DNA of 64,000 nt from Eledone cirrhosa (lineage: Eukaryota): assembly GCA_964016885.1 (NCBI GenBank), contig OZ024760.1, forward strand, positions 13,082,001 to 13,146,000, read 5' to 3'. The position numbers and the translations under genes were made by a program. Numbering within the stretch: the first letter of the stretch is position 1; each line of letters starts with the position of its first letter. Shown here piece after piece: positions 11,575 through 25,007 of this stretch. Below the pieces are notes generated by a model that had not been told where the DNA came from, did no database searches, and saw only the letters and a list, made by a program, of their open reading frames with translations.

Positions 11575-14020
11575 AATATATGACCTGGTCCTTGGCTGGT
11601 AGACTTAATATGTCACCTGGTCACTGGGTGGTAGACTTAATATGTCACCTGGTCCTTGGCTGGTTGACTTAATATGTCACCTGGTCACTGGGTGGTAGAC
11701 TTAATATGTCACCTGGTCACTGGCTGGTAGACTTAATATGTCACCTGGTCCTTGGGTAGTAGACTTAATATGTCACCAGGTCCTTGGCTGGTAGACTTAA
11801 TATGTACCTGGTCCTTGGCTGGTAGACTTAATATGTCACCTGGTCCTTGGCTGGTAGACTTAATATGTCACCAGGTCCTTGGCTGGTAGACTTAATATGT
11901 CACCAGGTCCTTGGCTGGTAGACTTAATATGTCACCAGGTCCTTGGCTGTTAGACTTAATATGTCACCAGGTCCTTGGCTGGTAGACTTAATATGTCACC
12001 TGGTCCTTGGCTGGTAGACTTAATATGTCACCAGGTCCTTGGCTGGTAGACTTAATATGTCACCTGGTCCTTGGCTGGTAGACTTAATATGTCACCAGGT
12101 CCTTGGCTGTTAGACTTAATATGTCACCAGGTCCTTGGCTGGTAGACTTAATATGTACCTGGTCCTTGGCTGGTAGACTTAATATGTCACCTGGTCCTTG
12201 GGTAGTAGACTTAATATGTCACCAGGTCCTTGGCTGGTAGACTTAATATGTCACCTGGTCCTTGGCTGGGAGACTTAATATGTCACCTGGTCCTTGGGTA
12301 GTAGACTTAATATGTCACCTGGTCCTTGGCTGGTAGACTTAATATGTCACCTGGTCCTTGGCTGGTAGACTTAATATGTCACCTGGTCCTTGGCTGGTAG
12401 ACTTAATATGTCACCTGGTCCTTGGGTAGTAGACTTAATATGTCACCTGGTCCTTGGCTGGGAGACTTAATATGTCACCTGGTCCTTGGCTGGTAGACTT
12501 AATATGTCACCTGGTCCTTGGCTGGGAGACTTAATATGTCACCTGGTCCTTGGCTGGTAGACTTAATATGTCACCTGGTCCTTGGCTGGGAGACTTAATA
12601 TGTCACCAGGTCCTTGGGTAGTAGACTTAATATGTCACCTGGTCCTTGGCTGGTAGACTTAATATGTCACCTGGTCACTGGGTGGTAGACTTAATATGTC
12701 ACCTGGTCCTTGGCTGGTAGACTTAATATGTCACCTGGTCCTTGGCTGGGAGACTTAATATGTCACCTGGTCCTTGGCTGGTAGACTTAATATGTCACCT
12801 GGTCCTTGGGTAGTAGACTTAATATGTCACCTGGTCCTTGGCTGGGAGACTTAATATGTCACCTGGTCCTTGGGTAGTAGACTTAATATGTCACCTGGTC
12901 CTTGGCTGGGAGACTTAATATGTCACCTGGTCCTTGGGTAGTAGACTTAATAATATGTCACCTTGTCCTTGGCTGGGAGACTTAATATGTCACCTTGTCC
13001 TTGGCTGGTAGACTTAATATGTCACCTGGTCCTTGGCTGGGAGACTTAATATGTCACCTGGTCACTGGGTGGTAGACTTAATATGTCACCTGGTCCTTGG
13101 CTGGGAGACTTAATATGTCACCTGGTCACTGGGTGGTAGACTTAATGTCACCTGGTCCTTGGGTAGTAGACTTGATATGTCACCTGGTCCTTGGCTGGTA
13201 GACTTAATATGTCACCTGGTCACTGGGTGGTAGACTTAATGTCACCTGGTCCTTGGGTAGTAGTCTTAATATGTCACCTGGTCCTTGGCTGGTAGACTTA
13301 ATATGTCACCAGGTCCTTGGCTGGTAGACTTAATATGTCACCTGGTCCTTGGGTGGTAGACTTAATATGTCACCTGGTCCTTGGCTGGGAGACTTAATAT
13401 GTCACCTGGTCACTGGGTGGTAGACTTAATATGTACCTGGTCCTTGGTTGGTAGACTTAATATGTCACCTGGTCCTTGGCTGGTAGACTTAATATGTCAC
13501 CTGGTCCTTGGCTGGTAGACTTAATATGTCACCTGGTCCTTGGCTGGTAGACTTAATATGTCACCTGGTCCTTGGCTGGGAGACTTAATATGTCACCTGG
13601 TCACTGGGTGGTAGACTTAATATGTACCTGGTCCTTGGTTGGTAGACTTAATATGTCACCAGGTCCTTGGCTGGTAGACTTAATATGTCACCTGGTCCTT
13701 GGCTGGTAGACTTAATATGTCACCTAGTCCTTGGCTGGTAGACTTAATATGTCACCTGGTCCTTGGCTGGGAGACTTAATATGTCACCTGGTCACTGGGT
13801 GGTAGACTTAATATGTACCTGGTCCTTGGTTGGTAGACTTAATATGTCACCTGGTCCTTGGCTGGTAGACTTAATATGTCACCTGGTCCTTGGCTGGTAG
13901 ACTTAATATGTCACCTGGTCCTTGGCTGGGAGACTTAATATGTCACCTGGTCCTTGGCTGGGAGACTTAATGTCACCTTGTCCTTGGCAGGTAGACTTAA
14001 TATGTCACCTGGTCCTTTGG
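11575..14020. repeat. 32-bp minisatellite downstream of the EBAG9 stop
   Basis: ggtagacttaatatgtcacctggtccttggct, ~75 copies. Confidence 0.95.
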
Positions 14021-14400
14021 CTGTAAACCTAACAAGTCTTCTGGTTTACCTGTACACCTGCATATGTGTGTGCAAGAGAGAGAAAGAAGTATTCTTTATT
14101 GTAAGAAGTTGACCAATTGGGGGTCATTTTTTTTATGAGAAGAGGGGTGGGTGGGGCATTATTTTATTTTTTTGTTTATTTGTTTCTTTTTCTGTTTGTG
14201 GGTAACATTTCCGGCAGAAGGGAGCATGACAGCATTGTTGGTACTAGAGGGAGATTATTTAAAGGACTTTATAAACTATATGGAGATATATATATATACA
14301 CACATATATATATATATGTATACAAACACACATGTGCATAGAAATATGTATATATATATAATAAATATATACACATACATAACTACAAAAACACGTGCAT

Positions 14401-14451
<51 letters not shown>

Positions 14452-14580
14452 CACACATACACATACACAATTCTTTAATAAATAATTAAATAAAGGAAAT
14501 TATTGTCTTTTTTTAATATATTTTTCTAACAATTTTAATCATTTCTTGTCTTATTATTATTATTGCTGTTGATGTTACAA

Positions 14581-14790
14581 GGGGCAGTGGATTGGCAGAA
14601 TCAGTAGAGCGTCGGACAATATACTTTGTGGCATATAGTTACGGCCCTTTACATTCTGAGTTCAAATCCTGCCAAGGTTAACTGGGTTGGTAAATAAAGG
14701 GTTAATCAATGTAAACTTTGCCTTTCATCTTTTCAGGGGGTCGATAAAATATAATACCAGTAATGTATTGGGCTTGATTTAATCAAAGTG
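14581..14790 (+). mobile_element. Second tRNA-derived SINE family (…ttctgagttcaaatcc…aactttgcctttcatcc…gtcgataaaa…gtaccagt)
   Basis: Copies or fragments at 71-205, 3224-3340, 20290-20425, 26255-26372, 37880-38150, 40595-40742, 48718-48836, 54455-54612 and 61582-61700. Confidence 0.75.
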
Positions 14791-15605
14791 AACTTTGTCT
14801 TTCATCGTTCTAGGGGTGTCAATAAGATAAAGTACTGGTAATGTACTGGGGTTGATTTATTCAGGGAGATGGTGAGAGCTGACCTGAAATAGCTGAGATA
14901 CACATCGAGTGGAGAGATGCTGAGAAGGACCTGTCCAACCCACGCAAGCATGGAAAAATGGACGTAAAAACGATGATGATGATGAGGAGGACGGGGATGG
15001 TGGTGTGGGTGTTCATTAAATAGAATTTGGAGCCAAACCAAAACAGATATGTACATGAGATGTATGCCAAACTATCTTAGTGGATAGAAACTGCAGCAGC
15101 GGAAGACCTAGACAAAAATTGTGAGTGTTTATCTCATATTGCTGAAACTCAGAGATGAGATGATGAAGGAACAACAATTGGAGAGATGCTGGGCTGGAAA
15201 AGACACATCTAACCCAGGCAGGTTTGTATAAAGAGAGAGGAAAAGAACAATGATGGTGGTGTGTGCGTTTGTCAATGTGTAAAAATACATCTTTATATAA
15301 ACAGCCATGTTTACCAGGGACTAGCTAGAGAGAGAGAGACCAGCTTGAGCAAGAATTTCTTTATGTAAAGTATACATTTCACACTGATGGAGTAAAACAA
15401 GAAAATGACAACTTAACAAGAAATTTTATTGAATTCACAGGGTATATTATTCTATATATTTATTTTATGTATGTCATATGCACACACACATACACATAAA
15501 CACTTACACCATATATATATATAAATATACACGTGTGTGTGTATGTACATATATATATAATATATACACATATATATGAATATATATTAAATGAAATATA
15601 TATTT

Positions 15606-15638
<33 letters not shown>

Positions 15639-16152
15639 GATAGATAGATACACATACATATATAAATAAATATATATATATACATACATAAATATATGTA
15701 TATAATACAATTAGGCAAGATTGACATTTCATAGAAGCAAAATAGAAATAAAAAAGTCAATAAATAAATAAAACAAATAAAACAATATTAAAATAAAAAG
15801 AACAAAACAAAAAATAAACAAAACTAAACTAAAAACCTTTTTTTAGAAGTAAAGAGGGTGGTAGAGAGAGAGGAAGAGGGAACGGAAATAAGCAGATGAG
15901 CCCTCCTCAAAAGTATGTTTATATATATATATGTGTATATCATGTATATATATATATCATGCTATATATATATATACATATATATGTGAATATATGCATA
16001 TACACATATATATATAGGGTATATATATGATATGATTCTATATCCACAATTATTATTCATTCCTTCTGACAATGAAATTACAACAAAAGTTATTCCATGA
16101 AGCATTAAAGTCAAGCACTGTTCTTCTTTCACTCCTCCTGTCCTAGCATTCT

Positions 16153-16188
<36 letters not shown>

Positions 16189-16241
16189 CATATACATAAA
16201 TATATATATGTATATATACATATATATAAATATGAATGGTG

Positions 16242-16276
<35 letters not shown>

Positions 16277-16576
16277 TTATGTACAGACTCACACACACAC
16301 ACACATATATATTATGTACAGACTCACACACATATATATATGCCTCTCTCTCTATCTATCTTTCTCTCACAACTCAAGAAGTTCTGGTGTTTCTTTTTAT
16401 TTCATTTTATTTTTATTTTTATTTTTATTTTTATTTTTATTTTTATTTTCCTTTCATTTTTCTGTATCCATCTTCTCTTCCACCTCCTCCACCATCACCT
16501 GCTCTTTTCTTCTCCAAGTCCCAAACTGTTTTTTTTTCATGTTTAATCTTGTACAAGTTTTTTCTTCTCTGTCACT

Positions 16577-16589
16577 CTAAGATAATTTA
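16577..16589 (-). CDS. Calpain-like predicted terminal exon (…C-K-L-S-stop)
   Basis: ~40-nt polypyrimidine tract + cag; TG|T AAA TTA TCT TAG; total CDS 4224 nt, divisible by 3. Confidence 0.55.
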
Positions 16590-16669
16590 CTGGATAAGAG
16601 AGAATAAGAGAAAAAATGAAGAAAAAATTAAGAGTCATTGAATATTATATATATCATCATGAATATTAT

Positions 16670-18004
16670 ATATATATATATATATATATAAAACGGTAGA
16701 TGTCTGTCTGTGTGTGTGTATGATTTTTATGCATTTTCACATTTCTCTACCGATTTTGATGATTCTTTTTCCAATGTGCTCCAAATTTACCAGGGCAGGT
16801 CAACGCATAATTATTTTTGCCAAAAATTTCCTGCTTCTATGAAAAAAAATCGATAAAACTAAATACATGCTGTGACCCTCTCTCTTACACGCTTCATTCC
16901 TCTCACTTCCCTCAATCTCCTCTGCAACTTTCTTTAAAAGGTTACTGCTTCCGTCTCTGAAGGAACGCGACACAAACTTTGATAACCCTCTCTCTTACAC
17001 GCTTCATTCCTCTCAATCTCCTCTGCAACTCTCTTTAAAAGGTTACTGCCTCCGTCTCCATTACAGTTTAGAACAACGACAAATCTTCTCTCTCTCTATA
17101 ATAGATCATTCCCCATCTTCGTTCATCATACATCAAATATCAAAATTAAAAAAGCCGATAACACTAAATACATACTGCTCTCTCAATGTTACATTTTACA
17201 TCAAATAACAAATATTCAAAAGCAACAGATAAATTTATAAAACAACAAACGTAACAATAACGACGCTTAAGCATTTATTTACATGATTTTCAACAAAGAC
17301 ATATTTTATTGTTGTCCTTTTTGTAATTTTCTTTCTTTGTTTTTCTCAATATGAGACAAAAAATTAATGAGAAAACTCTTTTCACGAATGTCCGATTTCG
17401 ATGATTTATTTTCCAGTGTGCTCCAAAATAGCGCCCCTGTTTACGCTCTTTTGTGCTATAACTCAGACAGGCTTGGCTTACAGGTTTGACCTATTATTTG
17501 ACGGGCATTCTTCATAGATCTTACTTAGTACTCACTTTCCACTTACTCACCGTTCAATTGAAAGTTTTGGCTACTCCCCCTTTCATGCTCCATTACCTGC
17601 ATAAATATTTACGTGTTCGGTCCTGCTACAATATAGTACTCACTTTAAAATAATTCAAAGTTCATTTGAAAATTTTCGCTACCAAACACATTCTTTGAAT
17701 CTACGGTCATGCCACCCAAATGGCCAATTATACGTCGCATGCTCAAGAGTGGGATGCAAGCAGAACTTATTCATACTTGCGCCCAAAGACAGAACAAAAA
17801 ATGTGGTCTACATAGAGGTGTTGTGACTCCTCTATTCAGCACCACTGCAGTCTTGCCGGTCTGACATATAGTGAGTAGATGCTATTGTATATTTTCAAAC
17901 TTACCCGTATTTACTTTCAATGTCTCAATATTCATAATTGAGTGGAATCATTAAAAGTACTTTAAAGCAATTAAACTCCGAGCAACGCCAGGCACTTCTG
18001 CTAG
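16670..18004 (+). mobile_element. Non-autonomous Helitron-like element
   Basis: Ends ccgagcaacgccaggcacttctg-CTAG|T; 5' (TA)n-aaaa…tgtctgtctgtgtg; residual Rep/Hel C-terminus APKDRTKNVVYIEVL* at ~17780-17827; internal ~80-bp duplication. Confidence 0.7.
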
Positions 18005-18090
18005 TTATATATATATATATATATGTATGTATATATATATATGTGTGTGTATGTTTGAACATTAAAATCAGAAGTCTGATGTAGGTATAG

Positions 18091-18121
<31 letters not shown>

Positions 18122-18319
18122 TTTCATAGAGAGAGAGAGATATGGATGTATATATGTATATATATATATGTATGTATGTGTGTATATGTATATATGTATG
18201 TATGTATATATGTGTTTATATATATGTATGTGTATATATATATGTATGTATACATATATGTATGTGTATATATATATGTATATGTATATATTAGTAGAAG
18301 GAAGCAGTTGTAAACTCAC

Positions 18320-18537
18320 CAATCAGATTTCTCCTCTTTGACATTCTTCTCAGCGAGGACTCGGACAATGAACTCTCCGGTGTGTTCTTTGTTCGAACAG
18401 AATGGTACAATAAAATAGTTTCCCTGCTCTAGATTGGTCCTTTTTATCACTTCACGGGAGCCACCATTTGACACCTCTTTACTCACAAATGTCAGCTTGG
18501 TCAGTAGCTTCCTCTCATCCTTCTCGGGGTACTTTGT
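18320..18537 (-). CDS. Calpain-like exon 11 (domain III end)
   Basis: [20 protein letters not shown]…[11 protein letters not shown] (cf. REVxxRxxLxPGxYxIVP…GDFxLRVFSEK); phase 0/2. Confidence 0.9.
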
Positions 18538-18790
18538 CTAGGTGGAGGAGAGAAGAGAGAGATGTCGAAGATGGTGAGATATTGTAGGAGAGAGAGAGAT
18601 GAGATGAGACAGTGATGAGAGAGATGAGGAAGTGTGTGTGTGTGTGAGAGAGATGAGGAAGTGTGTGTATATGTGTGAAACAGATGAGAGAGAGAGGGGA
18701 GTTGTAGAGAGAAAGAGAGTGTATAAGCACCATCACCTCCATCACAAAAGCAACAACAACACCAGCAACATCAACATAAGATGAACTCAC

Positions 18791-18987
18791 CTTATAAATA
18801 CAGAAGCCGATTGGTTGGGTGAGATTGTTGGCTGTTGAGGAACCGTGTCTGTAGTCTTGAAGGAGGGAAATAATCACATGACTTCGGCCACTAAATACTG
18901 TATCAAGGTCACTTTTCCAAGCATCCAGTTTATGAACGGTCAGAAGAATCCTAGGGTTCTGGTCCATATCATACGAATTGTTCCGTT
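18791..18987 (-). CDS. Calpain-like exon 10 (domain III/CBSW)
   Basis: NPRILLTV…VIISLLQDYR…PIGFCIYK|gtgagt (cf. NPQY…LMQKxR…IGFxIY); phase 1/0. Confidence 0.9.
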
Positions 18988-19384
18988 CTGTGGAAGAGAA
19001 CATAGATGAGAATACACATTACCTATATATATTTATATATATATATATATATGCATTACCAATATACATACATAATCCCATACCTCAAGGGAGCCAAGGG
19101 GTGCCATGTTGACATACAGTGGTTCTAAGGCATTTATATATAAATATGACAGCAATTAGGGGACAAAAGGGAGAGAAAGAAGGAAGGAAAGAGTTATATA
19201 TGGTATGGAAAGTATCAATAAGGGTTCCCAGACCTCATTCTCTTACTGAGTCGGGTGGAACTCGTTAAAACGGACCAAGGAAACAACGTTTCCATTGGTG
19301 ATACTATCTAGTGGTCCCAACTCCTGAAGGATGGAAAAAATAAAAATAATAAAGATAAAAAGATAATATAATAGTTATACTAAC

Positions 19385-19963
19385 TAGTCCAGTTTCCATG
19401 GTAATTGACAAGTTGACTCCAACGTCCAGTCGGGCAAAAATGGTCGACTTTACTGGCCAGGAAATTTGACTCTGAGAGAGAAGAGACTGTTCCAAGAGAG
19501 AGGTTTCTGTGTTCATCTGTGAGTGGAAGTAGAGATGCAGCAGTTGTCGCAACATTGCTATCAATTCTGCTCATCAGATCAGACGTACTGTGAGAGCTCT
19601 CTCTATTTGAATGGCAGAATATATTTAATCGCTCGTGTCGGCCATATTTGCGGGTCGGTGGTGTCATTGGGGCGGTTTGTTGTTGTTGTTGCTGAGAATG
19701 GAGGAAGGCAGTAGGACCACATTCGCTGTTCGTTCGATCTGGTGCACTGCGCAGTCGCACTTTCTTCACTTTGTTGACGAGGGCAATGAAATCGGAGTTC
19801 AAGTCACTACTTTGACTCGTCTGAAGGTTCGGTTTGGTTGGGGATGTTATACGTACTCCTTTCTCACTCTCTGATGATATCTTCCGAATTTTCAAAGAGT
19901 TATCAATGGTAAGTTCCGACTTACTAGATTCTTCTCCTTCCCATCGCGTATCTTCGAGGATTC
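19385..19963 (-). CDS. Calpain-like exon 9 (insert and start of domain III, HGNW)
   Basis: tccag|GA…A|GTTAGT; phase 1/1; ends RWSQLVNYHGNWT. Confidence 0.75.
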
Positions 19964-20850
19964 CTGGATAAAACAATAAAACAAGCAAAAAAGAAATAAA
20001 TAAACAAATTTGGAGTGTGTGAAATAGATACTTAATTCTTTCTCGTTCTCTTCTTCTTCTACTTCTTCTTCTAAGACATTCTGACAGCTAGGGGCTTGTG
20101 ACTATCCCCATTACCACCTGTGCTGTCATATATATATATTCGTTGGATTTTCACCCCGAAACTGGATACCAACCCAGAGTACACCTGAACTTCGACCAGG
20201 AAATCTTTCGTATCATTGAAATTTTCTTTGCTTCTTATATATATATATGTATATATATATATAGAGAGAGAGAGAGATAGTGAGGGGGAGAATTGGCCCC
20301 AGTACTAAACTGGTACTTTATTTATCTCGGAAGGATGAAAAGTAAAGTTAACCTCCACAGGATTTGATCTCAGAGAGAACAGAAAGCTAAAACAAATACT
20401 GCAAAGCATTCTATCTGATGTTCTAATGACTGACATTTTGAAGAATTTATGTCAATACTTCCTTTTAGGGGCTGGGTAGGACCTTTCTATATACATCATA
20501 AGTCTATACCAATACAATATCTTTTCTTGTATTCTATAAAAGATTCCTCTTACTTACACCCAAGAAGTGATACCTGTCTTACCTGTCATAGGTGTCTCAT
20601 CTTTAATGTCGTCAATATTGTCATCATCATCATCTTCATCTGTACTTAAGCAGCTTTTAAACAGCGTCTTCCCACGCTTCTCCTCCGACTGTTTCTGTGT
20701 GGGTGGTCATGTAGAGAAGAAAAGGTGACAGTGGGGGGGGGGGGGTGAAGAGAATTGTTTGTTGATTATTGAAAGTGACAGTCACGGACAAAGAAGATAT
20801 ATTTGTGTGAAGGTGTGAATGAGAGAGAAAGAATGAATGAATAGCATACC

Positions 20851-20894
<44 letters not shown>

Positions 20895-20898
<4 letters not shown>

Positions 20899-21784
20899 CA
20901 TTTGAAGTTTTTCCAAATTGAAGGATGAGTATTTTATTCAGAGTTAAGGCTCTATTGCTTTTTCCCTGGATTTCACAAAATTCTATGGATAAATCTATGT
21001 CTTGATTTTTTTTTAATTGAGTTTGAATTATTTTCCTACATCTTACGTTAATTATTTTCCATTTTGACATTATAGTCACTTATATATTATGAAATACTGT
21101 TGGCTTCACGCTCACAATAATTTCTATACTTTCATTTATATTTATACTCGGAATTTTTTCATAGAATGCTTAAAATTATTTGTGACTAATCCCGGTCTTT
21201 AAAAAAAAATAAAAATAAAAAAAAAAAAAAAAACGCGATAATATTGCTATTTTTGCTGAACTCCTTACATTTTGTAGAGTTTTTTTTCGGAATGTTTTTG
21301 ACTGCTGTTTCCTGTAAACAGACATTCGTCTCATTCTGACGTCACCAGTCTCGCCATGTGTCTTTATTTTCATATTTACGCATGAGTTGAACTAGCCTAC
21401 TTTTAAATTAACTTTTTGGCATATCTCTGGCAGTGACAAAAAAGGATTATCGTGTTGAGCTCTACTGATGAACGGTTCCAACCGTGACCATCCCCACTGA
21501 AAAGTTTCGTGAAATGGTCTTTTTAAGACTATATAGAGCATTTGAAGTTTTTCCAAATTGAAAGATAAGTATTTAAACTTTATTTTATTCAGAATTAAGG
21601 CTCTATTGATTTTTCCCTGGATTTCACAAAATTCAATGGATAAGTCAATGTCTTGATTTTTTTTTAATTGAGTTTGAATTATTTTCCCACATCTTTCGTT
21701 AATTATTTTCCATTTTGACGTTATAGTCACTTATATATTATGAAATACTGTTGGCTTCACGCTCACAATAATTTATATACTTTC

Positions 21785-21790
<6 letters not shown>
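20895..21790 (+). repeat. ~245-bp direct duplication (20895-21140 and 21535-21790)
   Basis: Near-identical blocks; produce the paralogous ORF starts MTI(M/T)SKWKIIN. Confidence 0.8.
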
Positions 21791-21821
<31 letters not shown>

Positions 21822-21950
21822 AACCAGTTACTGGTTCCTACTACCCACTCTACTACCCTAAGTATTGAGTACTTTAGTGCGTTATGGTCCACCTGATTTC
21901 TTACCACATTTCCTTCGTTATATATATATATATGTGTGTGTGTATGTATG

Positions 21951-22011
<61 letters not shown>

Positions 22012-22066
22012 GTGTATATGTATGTATGTGTATATATATATATATGTATGTATATATGTATATATA

Positions 22067-22250
22067 TAGGGAAAAGTATGACCCCGACGGCAGAGCTCAA
22101 GCCGTTTCGACGGCTATTTCTGGTCCAGAAACGGCTTGAGCTCTGCCGTCGGGGTCATACTTTTTCCTATTTCCCACTCTATACCCTGAGTATTGAGTAC
22201 TCTGGTGCGTTATGGTCCATCTGGTTCCTTACCACAATTCCTTTGTTATG
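22067..22250. repeat. Inverted-repeat element family (gaccccgacggc…gagctc)
   Basis: Related copies at 5429-5565, 24350-24398, 36680-36846, 45655-45700, 56955-57065 and 57137-57262, all beside (TA)n. Confidence 0.75.
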
Positions 22251-22665
22251 TATATATATATGTATATATATATATGTATGTGTATATATATATGTATATA
22301 TATATATATATATTATATATGTGTATGTATGTATGAATATATATATAATATTTAATATAGAAATGGCTTCTATAGGACTGATGATTTCCTTGGAATGAAA
22401 CAGCTCTAGTCCTGTAGAAGCCTTTTCTATATTAAATATTGTATATACTCTATTATGTATTGAGTACCTTACTTACCGTGGTTACCACTGATTGAACCCA
22501 GGATTCACACACACATATATATACTTGGGGTAGTGGAATATGGTTATATTATAAAGAATTGGGACCCCCATGGTCGAGCTCCTGCTGTTTCAATATATAT
22601 ATATATATATGGCCGTTTTAGGAATAAGTGGGTGAAGAAAAAGAAGAAGAAAGACGAGGGTGTAC

Positions 22666-23512
22666 CTACTTTGCTTGGAGGTTTTTCTGGTTCCCCTTTG
22701 GTATGGACAATTGTTTCCTCACTATCACCTTCTATGGTCACCTGTCGACAAAACTGGATCGATGAGCGCCGAGTTGGTTCTGTTTCATTTGGACCCTGCG
22801 AAACTTTTCGCAAACCACTGCTGCTACTGCTGTTTTTCTCAGATTCTTTGCTTTCAGAGTTGGGGCTTATATTTGAGAAGGCCTTCATGGAACTCTTAAC
22901 TGTAATCTGCCCTTTCTCTGGTTCTCTGTTGTACGACTGATAAAGAGAAATACTTTTTGACCGAACCGATGAGGACTGGTTAGCTTCTCCTTGGTTAGCT
23001 TCTCCATCTTTGCTGGTTGGTAGGGTACAACCACCATCAAAACTCTTTGCTTTTTGAGTTTTGGGGAAGTCTCCCAGTTTCATAGTGTTGGAACTCTCTG
23101 TGACCTCGTTGTTGTTTTTCCGCTTAATACCAAGTGGTGCAAGCAAATCCTTGTAGGAGGACACACATGTGTTATCTCCTAAATTACTGATACTCTCAAC
23201 AAATGTGTCCCTTGAGAGATTTGCTGATTTGCCCCTTATTAAAGGCCGAGACTGTCTCCTTTCTCTAGCAGGGTCTGGTTTAGATTCATCACTAGATTTT
23301 TCCGATACCAAGGGACTACGTCCAGGAGGCTGGTAGGCCAGTTTTCTCTGTATACCACTGACTGGACTTGAGGTGAGTGAACGGTGGTGATGTGATGGGC
23401 TTTCAACAGAGTCAAAAGACTTTGGACTGGAACTTGATTCAAACTGGAACACTTTATCATTCGATGGAGAGAATACACTTCTGAAGGACCCACTACTGTC
23501 TGGAGTTCCTAC
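22666..23512 (-). CDS. Calpain-like exon 8 (Ser-rich disordered insert)
   Basis: 847-nt open non-repetitive frame; cag| acceptor and G|gtacac donor phase-compatible with both neighbours. Confidence 0.75.
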
Positions 23513-23937
23513 CTGTTTGACATGGAGAAACATGGAATGGAGAGATTAATGAAGAAACATGGAATGGAGAGATTAATAGAACAATATGAAAGAATCAAAA
23601 AGATAATGGTTTTAACCCTTTTGATACCACGTTACCAACACCTACATGTTACTTACACCCTCATGCTGCCAAAACCTACATGTTACTCATTCCCACACGT
23701 TACCAACACCTACATGTTATTCACTCCCACATTTTATCTGCTCCCACATAATACTACCCCCTATACGTTACCCACTCCTACATGTTATTTAGTCCCACAT
23801 GTCACTCACCCCCCACCACATGTTACTTACACCCACATGTTACTCACTCCTACATGTTACCCACTGCCACATGTAACCCACCCCCTATATGTTACCCACT
23901 CCTACATGTTAGCTTGTTCGTACTACATGTCACTTAC

Positions 23938-24286
23938 CCTCAAACTATGCGGAGTGTCCACAGTGTCCTTTTTCCCTCCATCGTCCCCACTTTCAGAGGA
24001 AGAGTACTGGTCCGTGAGGGACCAGCTCCTTATTTTGAAGACATTGCTCTTTAGTTGGGACAACTGTTGACTCTGCAGCACAAAATGTCTCTCAGTTCGG
24101 GAATATTTCCTCGTTAGATTTAATCCTTCGGGAATGTAAGGTTCAGAACTTGAGCAAATAATCATACTGCCAAAGTTACAACGGAAATCTTCAACTGTCA
24201 TCCAATATTCATCCTGTTCCTTGTTCTGTAGAGGTTTGTATCGTTCCATAAAGTCTCCGTTGACTGTGTCCCACATTGTTTTGTCA
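23938..24286 (-). CDS. Calpain-like exon 7 (end of CysPc)
   Basis: DEYWMTVEDFRCNFGSMIIC (cf. GEFWMSFxDFLxxFxxLEIC); phase 2/0. Confidence 0.9.
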
Positions 24287-24725
24287 CTGGAGATAATGGA
24301 AAGTATGATTAACATTATTATTATATATATATATATATGGTTCAGATCTAGCTGTCGAAATGGCTGGAGCTCAGCCGTCGGGGTCCTGAATCTTTTCATA
24401 TATGTATATATACTTGGGGAGGGTCATATTGTTATAATATTGCCAGAAATAATAACAGAACACGCTCACTGTTTGGTTGGTTTTCGCTTCTATATCTTTT
24501 ATATCTCCATAGTTAATTCATTTGGCAATCAACGTTTATCATTGACTGACCAACGGTTAAAAATACAGATATAAATATATATATAAATATATATATATAT
24601 AGTCTATCAAAGTTCTTTCGTTGCACATCTGCAACATTATCAGTGGTACTATTATATATATATATATATATATATAATAGAGCAACGAATATATATATAT
24701 ATATATATATATATAATAGAGCAAC

Positions 24726-24777
<52 letters not shown>

Positions 24778-24786
24778 GAGCAACGA

Positions 24787-24817
<31 letters not shown>

Positions 24818-24940
24818 GGAGGTGAGTTTTATTGTAGTACAATAAAGCAATGCAGATATCGGATAAGAAGCACTCTACAGTTTGTGGGACTGGAGTATGC
24901 ATAATATAAGATCAAAAGATGGTTAAAGGAGTTCCATATA

Positions 24941-25007
24941 TTTTATTATGCGCATTTCAAAAACAAACATCATCAAACAATAATATTTGCGTTTTCATCA
25001 GATAAAA
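24941..25007 (-). ncRNA. Minimal type-I hammerhead ribozyme
   Basis: ttttat-CUGAUGA-long stem II-GAAA-UGCGCA-UA^-ataaaa; palindromic stem III. Confidence 0.75.

Noticed and set aside
11575-14020. 32-bp repeats resembling a CRISPR array (also 8250-9735 and 41073-41815)
   Set aside because: Head-to-tail units without unique spacers, no cas genes, eukaryotic intron-exon context
20657-21730. Two similar ORFs MTI(M/T)SKWKIIN…
   Set aside because: Arise from a local ~245-bp duplication; they diverge into microsatellite or unrelated sequence and show no domain
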